From Narcine bancroftii (lineage: Eukaryota), in the NCBI RefSeq assembly GCF_036971445.1, contig NC_091472.1, forward strand, positions 89,714,001 through 89,778,000: a stretch of DNA of 64,000 nucleotides, written 5' to 3'. The notes beneath the pieces are model-generated. The model did no database searches and was not told the origin of the DNA. It was given only the letters and a program-made list of their open reading frames with translations. Shown one piece after another: positions 22,972 to 37,849 of the stretch. The position numbers and the translations under genes were made by a program. How positions within the stretch are numbered: the stretch's first letter is position 1; every line of letters starts with the position of its first letter.

Positions 22972-25900
22972 CTTAAGTTAAAGAAATGACTGTTTACACA
23001 ACATTCCCACAATGCACAAGTTAAAATGTTCAAGTACAACAATGCTGTCATTATTGGAATTTTAAAGCTTCAGTAGTAATCTGTACATTATTTCATATTG
23101 CATTCAATGAGATATACTAATTGAGATTCTACCACCTTTGTTTCTGCACACAACCATGCTTTTCGGATTCCTTTACTGAAAGCCACCTTCATGCAGCAAT
23201 GATGTAAACACCACTAGATCCCAACTAAAATTTCAGAAAAATATACTTCTCTCATTAGTCCAAAAATGCAAGTTCAAAACCATCATTTGGATTCGTTGGG
23301 GGGGGGGGGGGGGGGGAGCACAAAGAATGAGTACCTACCTCCCTTAAACTCAGTGAAAAAACAAACAGGAACATGGCTGAGACAAAATTTAAAAAAATAT
23401 TTTTATTGAAAGAAGGCACATTTAAGCTATTATACTGTTCATTCAAATAAGCAATAAACAATTTTCACCAGGATGGATGAAGCTATAACAGAACACAGAA
23501 CTACAAGTATATGGGGAGCAAAGAATTAAACATCAACAAAAGTTTTCAAAACATGACATAACAGGGGAGCACTTGGAAATTGCAGAACCCCAATTTTCAA
23601 TTACAGTTTAAAAGACCTGGTATATAAGCATAGAAAAAAAGTGAATAAACTCACCAGTAGCAGTTTGACTACCACCTGGGCCCTAGGCTAAGCGTTAGCA
23701 AGGCCACCCCCCCCCCCACAACCTAGCCCTGCCATGGGCCCAGGATGCCCCTCGCTCCCCATCGAGGGTCTGGCCACCCAGGCGCCACTCTCTACTGGCC
23801 TCTCATTTAGCTGTACTGGCCACCTGTCACACACACACCCCTCCTGTTGTTCACTTACCGCAGGTGACAGGCCACCTTAGAGCCCCCTCCTCAAAAATGC
23901 CGCAAATCTTCATGCCACCGTTACCAGCTCCCAAAAGCCACCGCGCACGTCACCCTGGCAATGGTGCCAACTCTGGCCCACAGGCACCAGCTTCATCCGC
24001 ACAGTTGGGGCATTGGAGAACAATGTGCATGCTCCTTAGTCACTTCCAAGTCGCGACTGCACCCTCAGCTCCTTCGGCAGAGAAAAGGTGCATTCTCGCC
24101 ATGGGATTTCTGGCAGCCATGAAACTGGCCGCTGTGCTGTTTGGTGTTCTGTCATATTTGCCCATCACTTTTCAAGCACCCCAGGTTTCCAGAGTCTGGT
24201 TTGGCTCCCCCTTCCTCCCCCCACAGCCATGGTTGCTATTGTACCTCGCCAACCCCCCTGAAACAAATGGAATTAAAGACAGAGGTAAAAAGCAATTTAA
24301 AGAAGAACAGGTAAATCATTATTACCGGTACTCCCTATCATTTCTTCCACAGAACCCCTACACCTTTCCATGGAACCCAGTTTGGGAAATGTGGCCTTAT
24401 AGGATTCCTTCCAAAAAAGATTAATTACAGCAATTAATCTCCACTTTCCTGTCATCTCATTGGACAAGAGTTGTTCATCTCAGTTTGTTATTCAGGGACT
24501 TAAAAAGAAAAAGCAGTCATGAGCAGGCTCAGGTGATAGAAGCTGAAAGATTTGCACTGAAAATAAAATTCAACTGAGACTGATGACACCACCACAGTGA
24601 AATAGAAGAAATCCAAAATTGTTCTTTAAGAACAATGGTTTAATAACATTTACCACTTAATGATTTAAAAAAAAAGGCAATTATCTGGGAGAGGAAAGAG
24701 ATGAAAGAAAATGGTAAGCATTGTCCAGTATAAGTATATTTATACAACTTTAGTTCAAGAGTTGAGTGATTCTCTCGTAGTAAATCAGTGATACTGCAGA
24801 ATTGCCAAGGCCATTAAATCACGATTTCTGGATGACTCATTTAAATTACCTATTAATAGTTGACAAAAGGTAGAGAGCAAAGCAAAAAAAAAAAATTCAA
24901 ACAATCGACAATTCACAAATTGCTGTGGAACCATTGTAAATGCAAATAACTATTATTACCTCCATGCATAATGCACCTTGTGATATCTAGGTAGAAACTT
25001 TCAGGTATTAAAAAAAATTAATTGTTCATTATGCACTGCTGCCAAAGGCACTGTAATAAGTATTTGGCCAGATGAACTTGATCCTTGCAAGAAAGTGTCT
25101 TGTTGATTTGAAGTTTCAAACTCCAATTCCTCAATCGATTCCAACTTTTTCATCCATGAGCATTAAAGTATCTCAGCATAAAGTGTAAACTGAACAACTT
25201 TGATGGAAGAATTCTGGGACGAATGCACAAACCTATATTTTCATTAACCTCCAAAATTCATGCCAGGCATTCAAAAAAAGCCTGGGGGTTTATACAGATA
25301 ATCAAAATTCAGAGGAACCATGTCAAAAAAAACTTCAGACCTTAACACAAATTAGCAGATCTGCCCTGCAAAAGTGACAAAATGAAATAGAAAATTAACA
25401 GAAGGAAATAGGTCACCAAGTCCAAAAGCGTTTTCAAAAGCAAGCAGACTTGCAGCACAGCAAGCATGGACCAGTTATATGGATAGCCACAAGGGGAAGA
25501 AGTTGAGAAGGTAAATCACCAACGATCTCTAAGCAACAAGAAATGCATCAAAAGATTTTATTTAAACTTAAGTGAAGCAAATAAATTCCAATTCCTGGAC
25601 AAAATATAAACTGATGTTTACAGTGGCACCAATTTCTGAAAACAAAGTTGACCTAATAGAGTGTTTTGCCCCATAATCAGTTATACTGCCAAGGCAATAT
25701 ACTCCCAATATTATCATTACCATTAGAGATTGAAAAATGTCAATTCTAGATTTTAAAAAGCGCAAATCTGGATTATGCCACATTTAGAATATTTGTCTAA
25801 GAAGCAATGAATTACATACTTTTCTTGATTACAGTCCTTTTAAAAGGACTTTGTAGCAAAGCCCAAGATTGGCAAGTTGATCAACGAGGATAGTAAGACT

Positions 25901-27079
25901 ATTTTGAAGTGCCACTTTTTGATCAGTTCCAGCTCTCAATTTTAACTGGGATCTTCCTTTCCCCATATGCAAATCAACATGTTTCCTTTCATTTACATAA
26001 TTAAGAATCAGATTGATTGGAGACTGATTTGTCACGAAAGCTCTCCAAAACATAACCAAAGTTCCACAAAATGCAGAAGAACAAAGGCTCACCCAAAGGT
26101 CCTAGTTGAGGGCGAGTCATGAGGTATCGTTTTATATTCAAGTTTGCTGAAGTGTACAGCTCTTTACTGTACTATTTATGAGGATTTCTTTCTCTAGCAA
26201 TGCAACATGCAAAAAGAATAAAATCTGCAAAGAGAGATTGGGAAGAGGTGATTTGATTTTTCACCAATGGTGTCAACAAAAGCAAACCATTTTACAGCAG
26301 GCTTGCATTCCTTTCATGCTGACTTCAGTGGAAATTATGAATAATACAAAAATTATTATTGCTTAATTTGTTTAACTAATGACACTCTTGAATAAGAGTT
26401 GCTCATGAGTCTAGAGAAAGTTTGGAACCTTGAAACAAACATCAATGCTTCAAATTTCAGCCACCCAGCTAACAGAACTGTCATTCTCATTACTGAATGC
26501 CTACTTTACAGAATAAAATGTACAGACAGAAATTTGTTTACCTAGCATTTATGCACATGGAATTCCCACGCATTTTGCAAAAATGTTCACAAATATACAC
26601 AAGCCTATCATGGCTTAAAATAAAATGTTCATTTTATGTTCAATGTATTTTAATTCAAGCACCGTGTAAACCAAATGCAATAAAAACATTTTATATTGAT
26701 GTTTGCACAAAGGGCACTACAATTATAGGCAATTAACAGCAACACACACAGAAAATTTGGCCCTTCATGTGATGGTGTGTACACTTATTCAATTGATTTA
26801 TTGTTGTTTCACCAAAATATAAAATTGGAGTGCAAAACGTTAAAAAGCCAAGGAGATAAAATGTGATTTGGAAATTTCAAGGTTTAGAATACTAGCGTGC
26901 GAGACACATCAATTTTTTTTGAGCAATTATCATGCAAACAGCATGCCTTCCCCATTCTCCGTGGATGCTGATGGCATAATGAATCCTGACCAGAAGTTTT
27001 CAATATAACTGAAAGCATACATCTTCTGCAAGAATAACACTAAAAGGATGAGTTTAGTTCTCCTTTAAAGTTTACTTAC

Positions 27080-27260
27080 TTGCCATCCAAACCACGAACA
27101 GCATCTTCAGCATCTCGAGGCTCCTCAAACTCCACAAAAGCAAAACCAGGGGGATTCCGTGCTATCCAGACAGTCCTCAATGGTCCGTAGTAGCTGAATG
27201 CACGCTCTAGTTCCCCTTTACCGGCACCTGTTCCCAAGTTACCTACATAGACCTTGGTTT
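27080..27260 (-). CDS. SRSF7: SRSF7 exon 2 (181 nt; RRM)
   Basis: [59 protein letters not shown], with caacAG acceptor and GTAAGT donor. Confidence 0.98.
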
Positions 27261-28449
27261 CTGTTGAGATGCACATCAGACATCATTAGAGTCTGCAAAA
27301 CAGAACCCTAACTAAAATTACTTCAATAAAAAAATAACTATCATAATTTCAAATGGAATTGGATTTTAGAACAGAACAAATGTACCTCTTTATTACAATA
27401 TATGCAGAGATTGGATCCATGCAAAATTATCAGTGAATAGAATATTTAATAAAATAACATGCAAAGATATACTAACATACATTAAAGGGGTGGTAATTTA
27501 AAAAAAACTTGCATCTTAATTTAACATTTATTACTTTTAAAAATTCATAAACAATTAAATAATCACAAATATCAGTAGTAAAGTGCAATGTCACTGAGAA
27601 ATATATTTATATTACACATTTACCTGCCTTGATGGTGGCATCAAATTTATTTGGCACAAGGCACATACAGAAACAGTTCAATTTCACACAATTAAAAAAA
27701 AATTGATAGTTATTAGAACTGATCATTAGAAAGGGACATATTCTTCTACTGAAAAATTCAGACACTAATGTCAAGAAATGTATAGCCTACTTTTATGAAC
27801 TGGAAAATGAAGATTCCAGGAGCAAAAGGATGAGGGTGGGAAACTTGGGGAAAAGAAACTAAAGCTAACAGAGGCAGGTTAGTGAGCAATATGGCAGCTC
27901 TATGCATTGATACAGAAGTGATTCTCTGTACTCACATGCCGAGCACTATCCTATCCAATCATGACTGTCATTTGGTTCCACTGTCACCACTCACCCAAAG
28001 CACCAGGTCTGAGGATGCATTTAGTCTTGGGATATATTTTAGTACTGTATCTATAGTACTTGGAAAATTCCTTGATGGTTGTCTCAGTTAAATGAGACAT
28101 TAAACATCTTCCAAAAATTCATCAAACAGAAACATAACACTCTTTATCAGATGTTCCCCAAGAACTCAACCAACATTCCTTCTTCAATCATTATAAAAAG
28201 TAACATTACCTTTTTTACTACACTGCTGCTTAGGAGATAAAGTGGAAAAATCTAAGGGTTTAAATGTAGATTTTTTGATCAACAATGGCTATTATGAACT
28301 CTAGCTGCATAGTAATTAGTTTTAATTCACTTGAACATGGCTGCCTCCAGTAAACAACCATGAAGTTATAGAAAGTACAAGCACAATGAAAATCGTAAGA
28401 CAATAATGTAGGAAATGTACTATATGGCCCATCATTCGCATTTCGACAT

Positions 28450-31344
28450 CACTGCTTTGGCAAAGAATGTACACATTTTCAGAATTAATATTTTTTCGCA
28501 GATAAACAAATTAATTCCACTCATTGATTCTTGTAAATACGAGAGCATTTTAATTTCTGACCACTCTGATGGTACTATCAGTTAATATTCCGATCTACCC
28601 AGAGCTTCTAAACAATTGAGTTTGAATCCTATTTTATTGTCAGATCCCGATTTTTTTGAATTTATTAAAAATCAAATTGCTTTCTTTTTTAAAAATAAAT
28701 CCTCTTTGGATTCATAATATGGGACTCTTTTAATGCTTATATCAATTTATTAAAAATCAAATTGCTTTCTTTTTTAAAAGAGTCCTCTTCAAGGTCTCTG
28801 GATTGGTAATAAGGGACTCTTTTAAAGCTTATATTAGAGGTAAAATTATTTTATTTAAGGCCAACGAGAAAAAAAATCTAACTTTGAGAGAGACTAAATG
28901 GCCAATTGAATGAAGGTCATAGATCAACAATATGCTGCAACTTTGAAGCCTGAGCTTTACAAAAAGGGTCAAACTAAAAACTGAAGATTTACTTCTTACA
29001 TATCCTATTCAGACTCAACTTTTTCCAGAGTAAATCCAAATTTTATACTCATGGTGATAAAGCAAGAAAGCTTCCAGCTAATCAAATGAAAGGCTATATT
29101 GCTAAGCAACTTATTTCAGAAATTCCTAAAGATAATGATTACTATTGATCATGTAGAGATAAATTAAGCGTTTCAACATTTTATTCTAACCTTTATAACT
29201 CAATCTTCTAAAGATTCAATTTTGATAAATTTTTTTTAAGATAATTTGAATATTTCTTCATTCTCTTTAGAAGACTAGTTACTGTTGGAAAAGCTCATCT
29301 CTACTGAGGAGATTACTGTAGTAATTGACTCTTTACAAGCTGGCAAAGTTCCCAGTCCCGACAATTTTCCAGCCGAGTTTTATAAAACTTATTCACAATC
29401 ATTGGTACCCTATTAGATTCAGCGTTTTTCTGAACCTTTTACTGTTGGGAAACTATCTGATAATTTTTATGAAACTTCAATTTCAAAAAATAAGGATCTG
29501 TCTAATTGTTTCTCTTATTGGCTGATTTCTCTCATGAATGCCAATGCTGAGGCCTGTAGGTTAGAAAACATTATGCCTTTTATTATTTCTGAAGATCAAA
29601 CCGGATTTCTTAAAGGTCATAATTCACAATTTAACAATCATTGCTTATTGAATATTCTCCTCCTGTCTCATCCTCTGAGTATGTTACTTCTTTAGATGCT
29701 GAAAAAGCTTTTGACAGGGTGGATTGGGACCATTTATTTTAAAATGCTAGGAAAATTGAATTTTTAAAATTGATATATTTTTCTCCTGCTGACTCAATTC
29801 TTACCAACTCTTAAATCCAAACCTTTTAATTTTTACCGAACTAGAGAATGCTGTCCTCTCAGACCTTTGCTATTTAATCTGGGGCTAGAAACATTAGCTA
29901 TGGACTTTTGCCAATCTAATGATATTTTTGGGATCTCAAGAGATGGAAGTGTTCATAAGGTTTCCTTGTATGCGGATGATCTGTATATTTTTCAGATGTT
30001 GATCATTCAATTCCATCCATTCTGTTATTACTCCATCAATTCGATCAATTTTCAGGTTACACAACAAATCATCAGAAAGGTGTGTTGTTTGTATTGAAAT
30101 TTCTGGCTTTCTAGATACTGCCCCTCCCTTTAAAATAACTAAAAATTAATTATTTAGGTGTTACTATTACAAAAATGCTATAACAATTTATTTAAAGAGA
30201 ATTTTCTTACATTACCGAATTATGTTAAATCTTTATCTCAGTGGTTTCCCCTTTCGATGTCCTTAATTGGGCAAATTAATGCTATTAAGATGAATATTTT
30301 ACCTAATTATTTTTGAACATCTTTCAAGCTGTTCTGTTTTTGTTCCAAAAAACCTCTTTTTTAAAAAAAATTCAATTTACTCGAATTTTTTTCTCATATT
30401 TGGAAAAATAAGCATCCAATAAATTTTTTCTTTAAAAACCTTAAAAAAAAAGGTGGTTTGGCCTTACCTAATTTTAGATTTTATTATTGGGCAGCTAATA
30501 TCAGATGTATAATTTTTTTGATTCATTATTAGAATGAACAACTAAAACTGGATTCATTTAGAAATTAATTCTACTAAAAAATATTTTCTTATTTCGTTAC
30601 TTGGAGCACCATACCTTTTTCTGCTTCTAGATTAATGGATAATTTTATTGTCAAACATACATTGAGAATTTGGTTTCAATTTAGAAAATGTTTTGGGTAT
30701 CAGATTTTTTACTTGCTAGCCCTATATTACACAATTCTTCTTTCACCTTCCTTCCAAGATTCTGCTTTTCTTGAATGGTTTAACTTGAGTATCCAATCTA
30801 TTCAAGATTTATTTATTGAAAATAATGTAGCTTAATTTGAACAGCTATCTTTAAATTTAAATTACCCAAAACATCATTTATTTAGATATTTATAAATTAG
30901 GAGCTTTAGGAACTCTTTATTGTTGAGACTCCCTCAAGACCTTGTTATAAATATAAGGATAATTTATAGTTTTAAAAGGAGTAAAAAGAAATGTAATCAG
31001 CTATATGATTTACTATTAAAATCTAGGGATAATATCTAGATAAGTTTTTTAAAAAAATAACAGGAGCAAGACTTTCAGTTCACATTCTTGTACACTATAT
31101 GAGATTCTATTTTTTTTTTTAAATGGTAAATTCCTGTCATTCACTTTTACAATTTAAGATAGTACATCAATCTTATTTTTCCAAAGTTCAATTGGTTAAA
31201 TTTTATCCTAATATTTCCCAGAATTGTGACAGATGTAGGAAGGAGGAAGGTACATTGTTAAATATGTTTTGGTCTTGTTCTTTGCTTTACAAATTTTTGG
31301 GAAGATATTTTTCGCACCCTATCTTTAGTTCTTAATTTAAAGCT
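28450..31344 (+). mobile_element. Old L1 LINE ORF2, left part (continues at 37850)
   Basis: LDAEKAFDRV-encoding sequence near 29690, KVSLYADDL at about 29960, and a CDRC...MFWSC C-terminal region; many stops and frameshifts. Confidence 0.88.
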
Positions 31345-31779
31345 ATGTTTTTTTGGGAGATAAATTGGGGCAGGTTTTTTAAAAATTATAAACAGGACAA
31401 GCTGGTAAGCTTGTGCAAAACCTCATTTGGAAGACAGGTTGTGAGTGCTTCATTCAGCCTGGTCAAAGCCCTTGTGGTTCATGCAAGAGGAGAGGACTGG
31501 CTGTCTAATGTTTCACTTGGAATAAGAGAAACTAAAAGGCACTGTGGTGACCTGAAAGAAAGAGGTTATCATCTGAAAAATCCTGAGGGGCAAGTTTCTT
31601 CAGCAAGACACTGAAGTGGCTCATTTTAAAAAAGTATCAGTTGTGGATATCAGTGTACAACTAATGTCTCTGAAAATTGACAAGAACCTTACTGAGCAGT
31701 AACCATTTACCTTTCAAGCACCAAAGCCTGGTGAGCTTTATAAATGTTAAATTCTGTGCTCAGTACAAGAATTGCCTGC
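31345..31779 (+). mobile_element. Solo LTR family A, left part (5' end missing)
   Basis: Aligns with 62335-63050 with an internal deletion; interrupted at aagaattgcctgc. Confidence 0.85.
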
Positions 31780-34700
31780 TGGGGGGTGCGGGGGGGGGGG
31801 GGCGCGTGGCGGGATGGCATCGGAAGAAATTGTGTAATTCACCTCTTCCCAGTTGAACTATTTAATGCCCAAATTGAAAAGTTTTTTTTAAAGTTTCTGA
31901 AGGTGTCTGAAGATTGAAGATAGACGATGGCTACAAATGTGAAGAAACCAAAAGTTCAATTGCAAAAGAAATTACCTTATAAAAGTGCTGAAGAACTGAG
32001 GCCTACTTACCAGAGTGAAGCCACGGAGTTGATTGATCCTGCTCCTAAATCTCAACAAACTCTTGGATGGATAAGTACAATGCTGACGCCTGTCCTGCAA
32101 CCGCAAGATGGCGCTGGCATTGCTACCCACCAGGCCAAGTAAGGCGGCCAAGTGGCATCTCCCGACGTCAACACACAGTCCCGCTATTGTGCCTGGCGGT
32201 CCCGAGACGCGCAGTGGTGCGACGGAAGATGCGCCTGCGCGGTTGACAGCACCGTCAGGCACATACAGGACGGCACGTGTGCGAGAACTGCTAGAAAGGG
32301 TCTGGGGAGCAGGGGGGCCCAACCAACACCGGACTGAAGAAGTCGGCCCAGCATTGGCAGGGGTCCAAACCCGCAGTCGAACGACCCAACCGGCAGCAAG
32401 TGCAGGTGAAGAGGAGGAAGTCCTGCCTTGTTAGAAACACAGAAATATGAAGAATTTACTACAGCGACTGCAGTTAAAGAAGGTAGGCCTCAAGGAGGTG
32501 GAATGGGGGAACCAGAATTAGAAACTGCCTTAGAAAGTATTGCCCAACCAATAGACAATAGGAGCTGGAGTAGGCCCTTCGGCCCGTCGAGCCAGCACCA
32601 CCATTTTACAGATCATGGCTGATCACTACCATCAGTACTCCTTTCCAGCCTTATCCCCATAACCCTTTAAAGACATCACAGATGTCTTCTCAGATGAATC
32701 AGGGATTTATGGACATGAAAGTTAAAATGAATAATATCAGTGGATACAGTACAAGGTAATTTTTTTTTAAAAATTGAAGAGGCATTTCATGAATGTAGAG
32801 ATCAAGTGGAGTGGAATAGAGGAAAAATAGAAAAAGTGGAAGACTCATTTGTTGGATGGGAGATTCAGAAGAGAGTTGTTGAAAAATATTGATTCCTTGG
32901 AAAATCAAGGTCGACGGAATAATGTGAAAATAGTAGGACTTCCAGAAGACATTGAAGGCTCAGATCTGGTGAAGTTTTTCAAAAAGTGGATTCCAGATGT
33001 GCTTGGAATTGGGACAGAGCACATAAGGCGTTGAGAAAGAAACCTTACCCGGGTCAGCCGCCTCAAGCAGTTTTAATTCGATGTTTGAGATATCAGGACA
33101 GAGATGATTTTGCGGATTGTTGTCCAGAAAGCTCGACAAAATCAAGCTCCAATGATGGTTCAAGACAGTAGGGTGTTTTTTTATGCTGACCTTAGACAGG
33201 AGATTATTAAGAGTCGTAAGGAATTTAATTCAGCTAAAGAGATGTTGTTGAGAAAGTGGTTTAAGTTTACTTTTCGATATCCTGCCGTGTTGAAAGGTTT
33301 CCAAGGGAATTATCAATCTTAGTTTTTTGAGAGTGATCATGTTGCATTAACCTTTGCCAGACATGCGGGGATCTGTTTGACCATTGTCACCCAAGAGGAA
33401 AGCATCTGATAAGAGGAATGGGAATGGAAAGAAGGGAGAATTAACACAAGGTCTGCTTGATATTGAGGATCCAGAACAATCTTTGGGACTGGAGTCAGTG
33501 GGATGAATTTGATTGAAATTAATAATTTTTGAGAAGTTCAGATGGGGGGGGGGGGGTGGGTGGGGGGAGGGGGATGACTGATGCTTTTGAAAGTCATCTG
33601 CCACTATGTAGTTTTGGGGAATTTTTTCTTTGTGTTTTTTTGTATTTTATTTAAGGGAATTTTTTTTAATTGTTTAAGCAAGGGAAGCTTTTTTTAATAT
33701 AATTGTTAACTGTGTGGGTAGAAGATTTTTTTTAGTAAAGTATGACTAATTTGAATTTTCCAACTTTTAATGTTCAGGGTTTGAATAATCCATTCAAGTG
33801 TAAGCATGTGTTAGCTTGTATTAAAAAGATGAAGGTTGATATTGCTTTTTTTTACAAGAATTCCATTTAAAATTAAAAAGAGATTGGGTAGGTCATGTAG
33901 TTGCTTCTTCTTTTAATTCTAGTGCGCAAGGAGTAGCAATTCTGGTTCACAAGAAGATATTGTTTGAATTGGAATCATTTTCTGAAACAGCTGGTAGAGT
34001 TTTAACGATGAATTGTAAGATTTTTGAAGAATCGTGAATGTTTATGCACCTAACGTAGATGACAAGCAATTTATATCTTAAGCTTTTTTAACATTAAACC
34101 AGGCTAATGAAAATATTTTAATTGGAGGAGATTTTAACTGTTTTGGACCCGTTATTGGATAAATCTTTGAAAAACAAAGAAATCTAAGATGGCTGTACAG
34201 ATGGCATCTATGATGAAAGACCTGAATTTGGTAGAAATTTGGAGAAGATTAAATTCAACAGAAAAAGAATTATTTTTTTAAAGTATCGGCACATCTTCAA
34301 GCTCGAATTATTCAGGCTGAATATAAGAGCAGGATTGTGTCCAATCATTCTATGTTATTTATATCTTGTGTTGGTTCTGAGGTTATGCAATCAACTTACC
34401 GGTGGAGATTTAACGCAATGTTATTGAAAAAAACTGAGTTCATTATCTATATTAAGGAACAAATTGCTTCTTTAAGTATAAACACTAATTCGTACAGAGT
34501 AATTTTATTTTGTGGGATGCTTTGAAGCATATTTACAGGGTCAAATTATTAGTTGTTCAGCAAAAGTTAAAAACAATATTTGGCAGAAAGTTTGTCGTTG
34601 GAGAAACAGATAACGGAGTTGGAAAAAGACTTTCAGAAGAAGACTATAGTGGATAAAAAAAGCAGCATTGATTAAGTTGAAACTTTGTTATAATACATTA

Positions 34701-37604
34701 CAAGCATATCAATATGAGCGGTTAATTCAAAGCTCTAAACAGCATTATTATGAATTAGGAGACAGAGCTCATAAGGTATTAGCTTGGCAATTGAAGACTG
34801 AACAAGTTTCAAGAACTATTAATGCTGTTAAAAAAATTCAATAGTTACCAATTAAACCTCAGGAAATTAATGATCAATTTTGTTCATTTTAATCAGAAAT
34901 TATATACTTCCAAAAGGGTTCAGGATAATGATTCTATTGAACCATTTTTATCTGCTTTGGATTTGCCAGTCTTAGAAGATGAAATGGAAGAATTGGAGTC
35001 TCCATTTACAGATTTTGAAATTAAGGAAGCTATACAGGCGATGCCAAATGGGAAATCTCCAGGAGATGATGGATTTACTGTAGAGTTTTATTAGGTGTTT
35101 TATGAAGATTTGTCTCCTATATTTATGGACTTGCTTCAACAAATAACAGATGAACAATCATTACCAGAATATTTTTCAAGAGTGACAATTACAGTAATTC
35201 CAAAGAAAGACAGAGACCCTTTGAATGTAGCTTCATATCGGCCAATTTCTTTATTAAATGTAGATTATAAAATATTACCTAAAATATTGGCAAATAGACT
35301 TGCTAAATATTTACCTCAATTGGTACATGGTGACCAAGTAGGTTTTATTAAGAAGATATGCTTTGGACAATATTCTTAGACTTATTACGTTGATCAATGC
35401 GTCGAAGCAGCAGCCCAACCAACCAATGGTTGTCGCACTTTATGCGGAAAAAGCATTAGATCTGGTTGAATGGATTTTTTTTAATTTAAAGTGTTTATTT
35501 TTTTAATTTAAAGTGTTAGAAAATTTTAATTTTGGACCATTTTTTACTGGTTGGGTTAAGACATTATATAAAAATCCAGTTGCTAAGGTGAAAATGGCCA
35601 AGCTTCTTCTTCATTTAAGTTAGCACGATCAATGCATCAGGGCTGTCCATTGTCACCAGCCTTATTTGCATTGGTCATGGAGCCATTAGCTCAAGCAATT
35701 AGACCAAATGACAACATTAAAGGGATAAAAATTGCAGAAGATGAATACAAGATTAATTTATTTGCTGATGATGTATTGATATATTTAACACATCCAAAAT
35801 AATCTTTGAAACATTTGCAAAAGTGTTTGGAGAAATATTGAGTATTATCCCAATTTACTTTATACCCAGATAAGAGTGAAATATTACCAATTTCAGATGG
35901 GGATTACACCAAGTATAAAAAGATTACAAGATTGCGATGGTCTGATAAAATTAAATATTATGGAGTAATTGTTGATGCAGATTATCAATCTTTATATAAA
36001 TTATGTACCATTATTGAAAAAGATTACACTGGATTTGAATAAATAGAAATTTCTTCCATTAACATTAATAGGCCGGGTAAATTGTATCAAGATGAATATA
36101 TTTCCACGTATTTAATATCTTTTTCAATCAATTCCATGATTACTTCCAAAAGTATTTTTTTCAAGATTTGAATACGGCAGTAAGGAAATTTTTTATGGAG
36201 GGGAAAGTTAGCTAGGGTAGCATTACAGAAATTGACTTGGAAATATGCTTTAAGAGGACTTCAATTGCCTCATTTTAAAAACTATTATGAAGCTGCACAA
36301 TTAAAATTTGTTAATAGGATGTTAGATATTACACAACCTCCTGGTTGAGCTAAAATGGAGTTAGCCTGAGTTTCATGTTCAAGTGGAATTCTTGTTTATT
36401 ACAGGGATATAATATGCCTGTTTTAAAACATTTATTATGGATTTGAAATAAAAGGAATTTTATTATAGGTTCAAGGGGCAAGATATCATCTCAAACTCCA
36501 TTATATCAAGATAGGGTTATCCCTTTGTCAATGAATATGCATTTAAAGATTTGGGATTCTGAATGTATAAAGGTGCTTGTGGATTGTTTTGAAGAAGGGC
36601 AATTTCTCTCTTAATCGACTAAGGGAAAAACTCAGAATACTATTAAATTCTTTATTTGTGTATTAACAACTTCATGCTTTGTTAAGAGACATTTTTGGAA
36701 GAGAAATGAAGCTACCTGAATTAACAAAGTTTGAGTTTTTAATTTTGCATATATTTATAAAGGGTTTTATTTCTGATTTTTTTTTGCCCTGTTACAAGAC
36801 GGTATGAATAAATTTAATTTAAATAAATCTAGAAATAAATGTGAAGATAATTTATCTTATGATACACCTCAGGAGGATTGGGAGGTTATGTGTCAAGTTG
36901 GGGATGACTAAATTACTTAATGTAAGATATAATTTAGTTAATTATAATTTCTTACATCAATTGTATTTGACTCCTGAGAAATTGAAGAGATATGGATTTA
37001 GTCATTCAGATTTATGTTTTAGATATGGATTACATACTGGAATATTTTTACATGTAGGTTGGCTTTGTGATAAAGTTCAATCCTTTTGGGAAAAAATTAA
37101 GAGTATTTTTTGAAAGATTAAATTGCCATTAGACCAGAATTTTTTTTTGCTGGGTTATACTGTATCTTTGACTGGTTTGGGGTTGGACAAGTTTCAGATA
37201 TTTTTTTTTTCGTCTAGCATTGGCAGTAGCGCGGAAATGTATTGCGATTACTTGGAAAGATAATGTAGAAGTGAATATAGACCGCTGGCATAATGAATTG
37301 AGATCTTGTATTTATATGGAAAAAATAACGTACAATTTGCATGATAATTATTCTTTTTTTTCCAGATGTGGTCACCTTATTTGGAATATATGGGTTTAGA
37401 AATATCTTAAATCTTTTTGTTATAAGTTTGAGATATTACACAGTTTATGTATGTAATTAATTGATTTTTTTTTTGCTCCCCTTGCGGGGCTTGCTGTGGG
37501 TGGGAGGGGGGGGGGGTTGGGCTTATATTTTTTCAGTTTATTTTGTTATTATCTTTATGTATTTTTTTTAATGTAATTTGAAAATCTTAAAAGTTTTTTT
37601 TAAA
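31780..37604 (+). mobile_element. Near full-length L1 LINE (5.8 kb, ORF1 and ORF2, inactivated)
   Basis: G-rich 5' end, ORF1 from 31927 (LENQGRRNNVKIVGLPE), APE start near 33742, NGKSPGDDG and SYRPISLLNVDYKIL motifs, FADD at 35761. 13-bp TSD aagaattgcctgc at 31767-31779 and 37605-37617. Confidence 0.93.
32558..32670 (-). mobile_element. Short CR1-type 3' tail inserted in the L1 ORF1
   Basis: Minus strand reads gatcagccatgatc...gctggctcgacgggccgaagggcctactcc; flanked by agaca direct repeats. Confidence 0.7.
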
Positions 37605-37849
37605 AAGAATTGCCTGCAGCCAGTGAACTTCGAGGAATGAGAAGTGAGATTGGACTGTGAACCAAAGAACCTTTCTGAACTTTCACACACATTACATACA
37701 TATATGCTTAGAATTAGAAGGGGGTTAAGTTAGGTTAGTTAAGTTTAAATGTGATTCGGTTTTCATAATTAAAAGCAACTTTTAAGTAACCATTTGTCTT
37801 AGTGAATATCTTTTCCTGCTGGGTTTATGGGTCCTCTGGGCTCATAACA
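37605..37849 (+). mobile_element. Solo LTR family A, right part
   Basis: Continues the LTR from the TSD and ends ...GGGCTCATAACA. Confidence 0.88.

Noticed and set aside
23864-24424. 186-aa ORF in SRSF7 intron 2
   Set aside because: No motif or credible start codon. It lies in a GC-richer patch that is probably a decayed repeat I cannot classify.
28659-28835. Tandem ~85-bp duplication
   Set aside because: A local duplication inside a dead L1, with only two units and no spacer structure. Not a CRISPR array or functional repeat.
31927-32434. GC-rich overlapping ORFs suggesting a nested gene
   Set aside because: They are the frameshifted 5' part of L1 ORF1.
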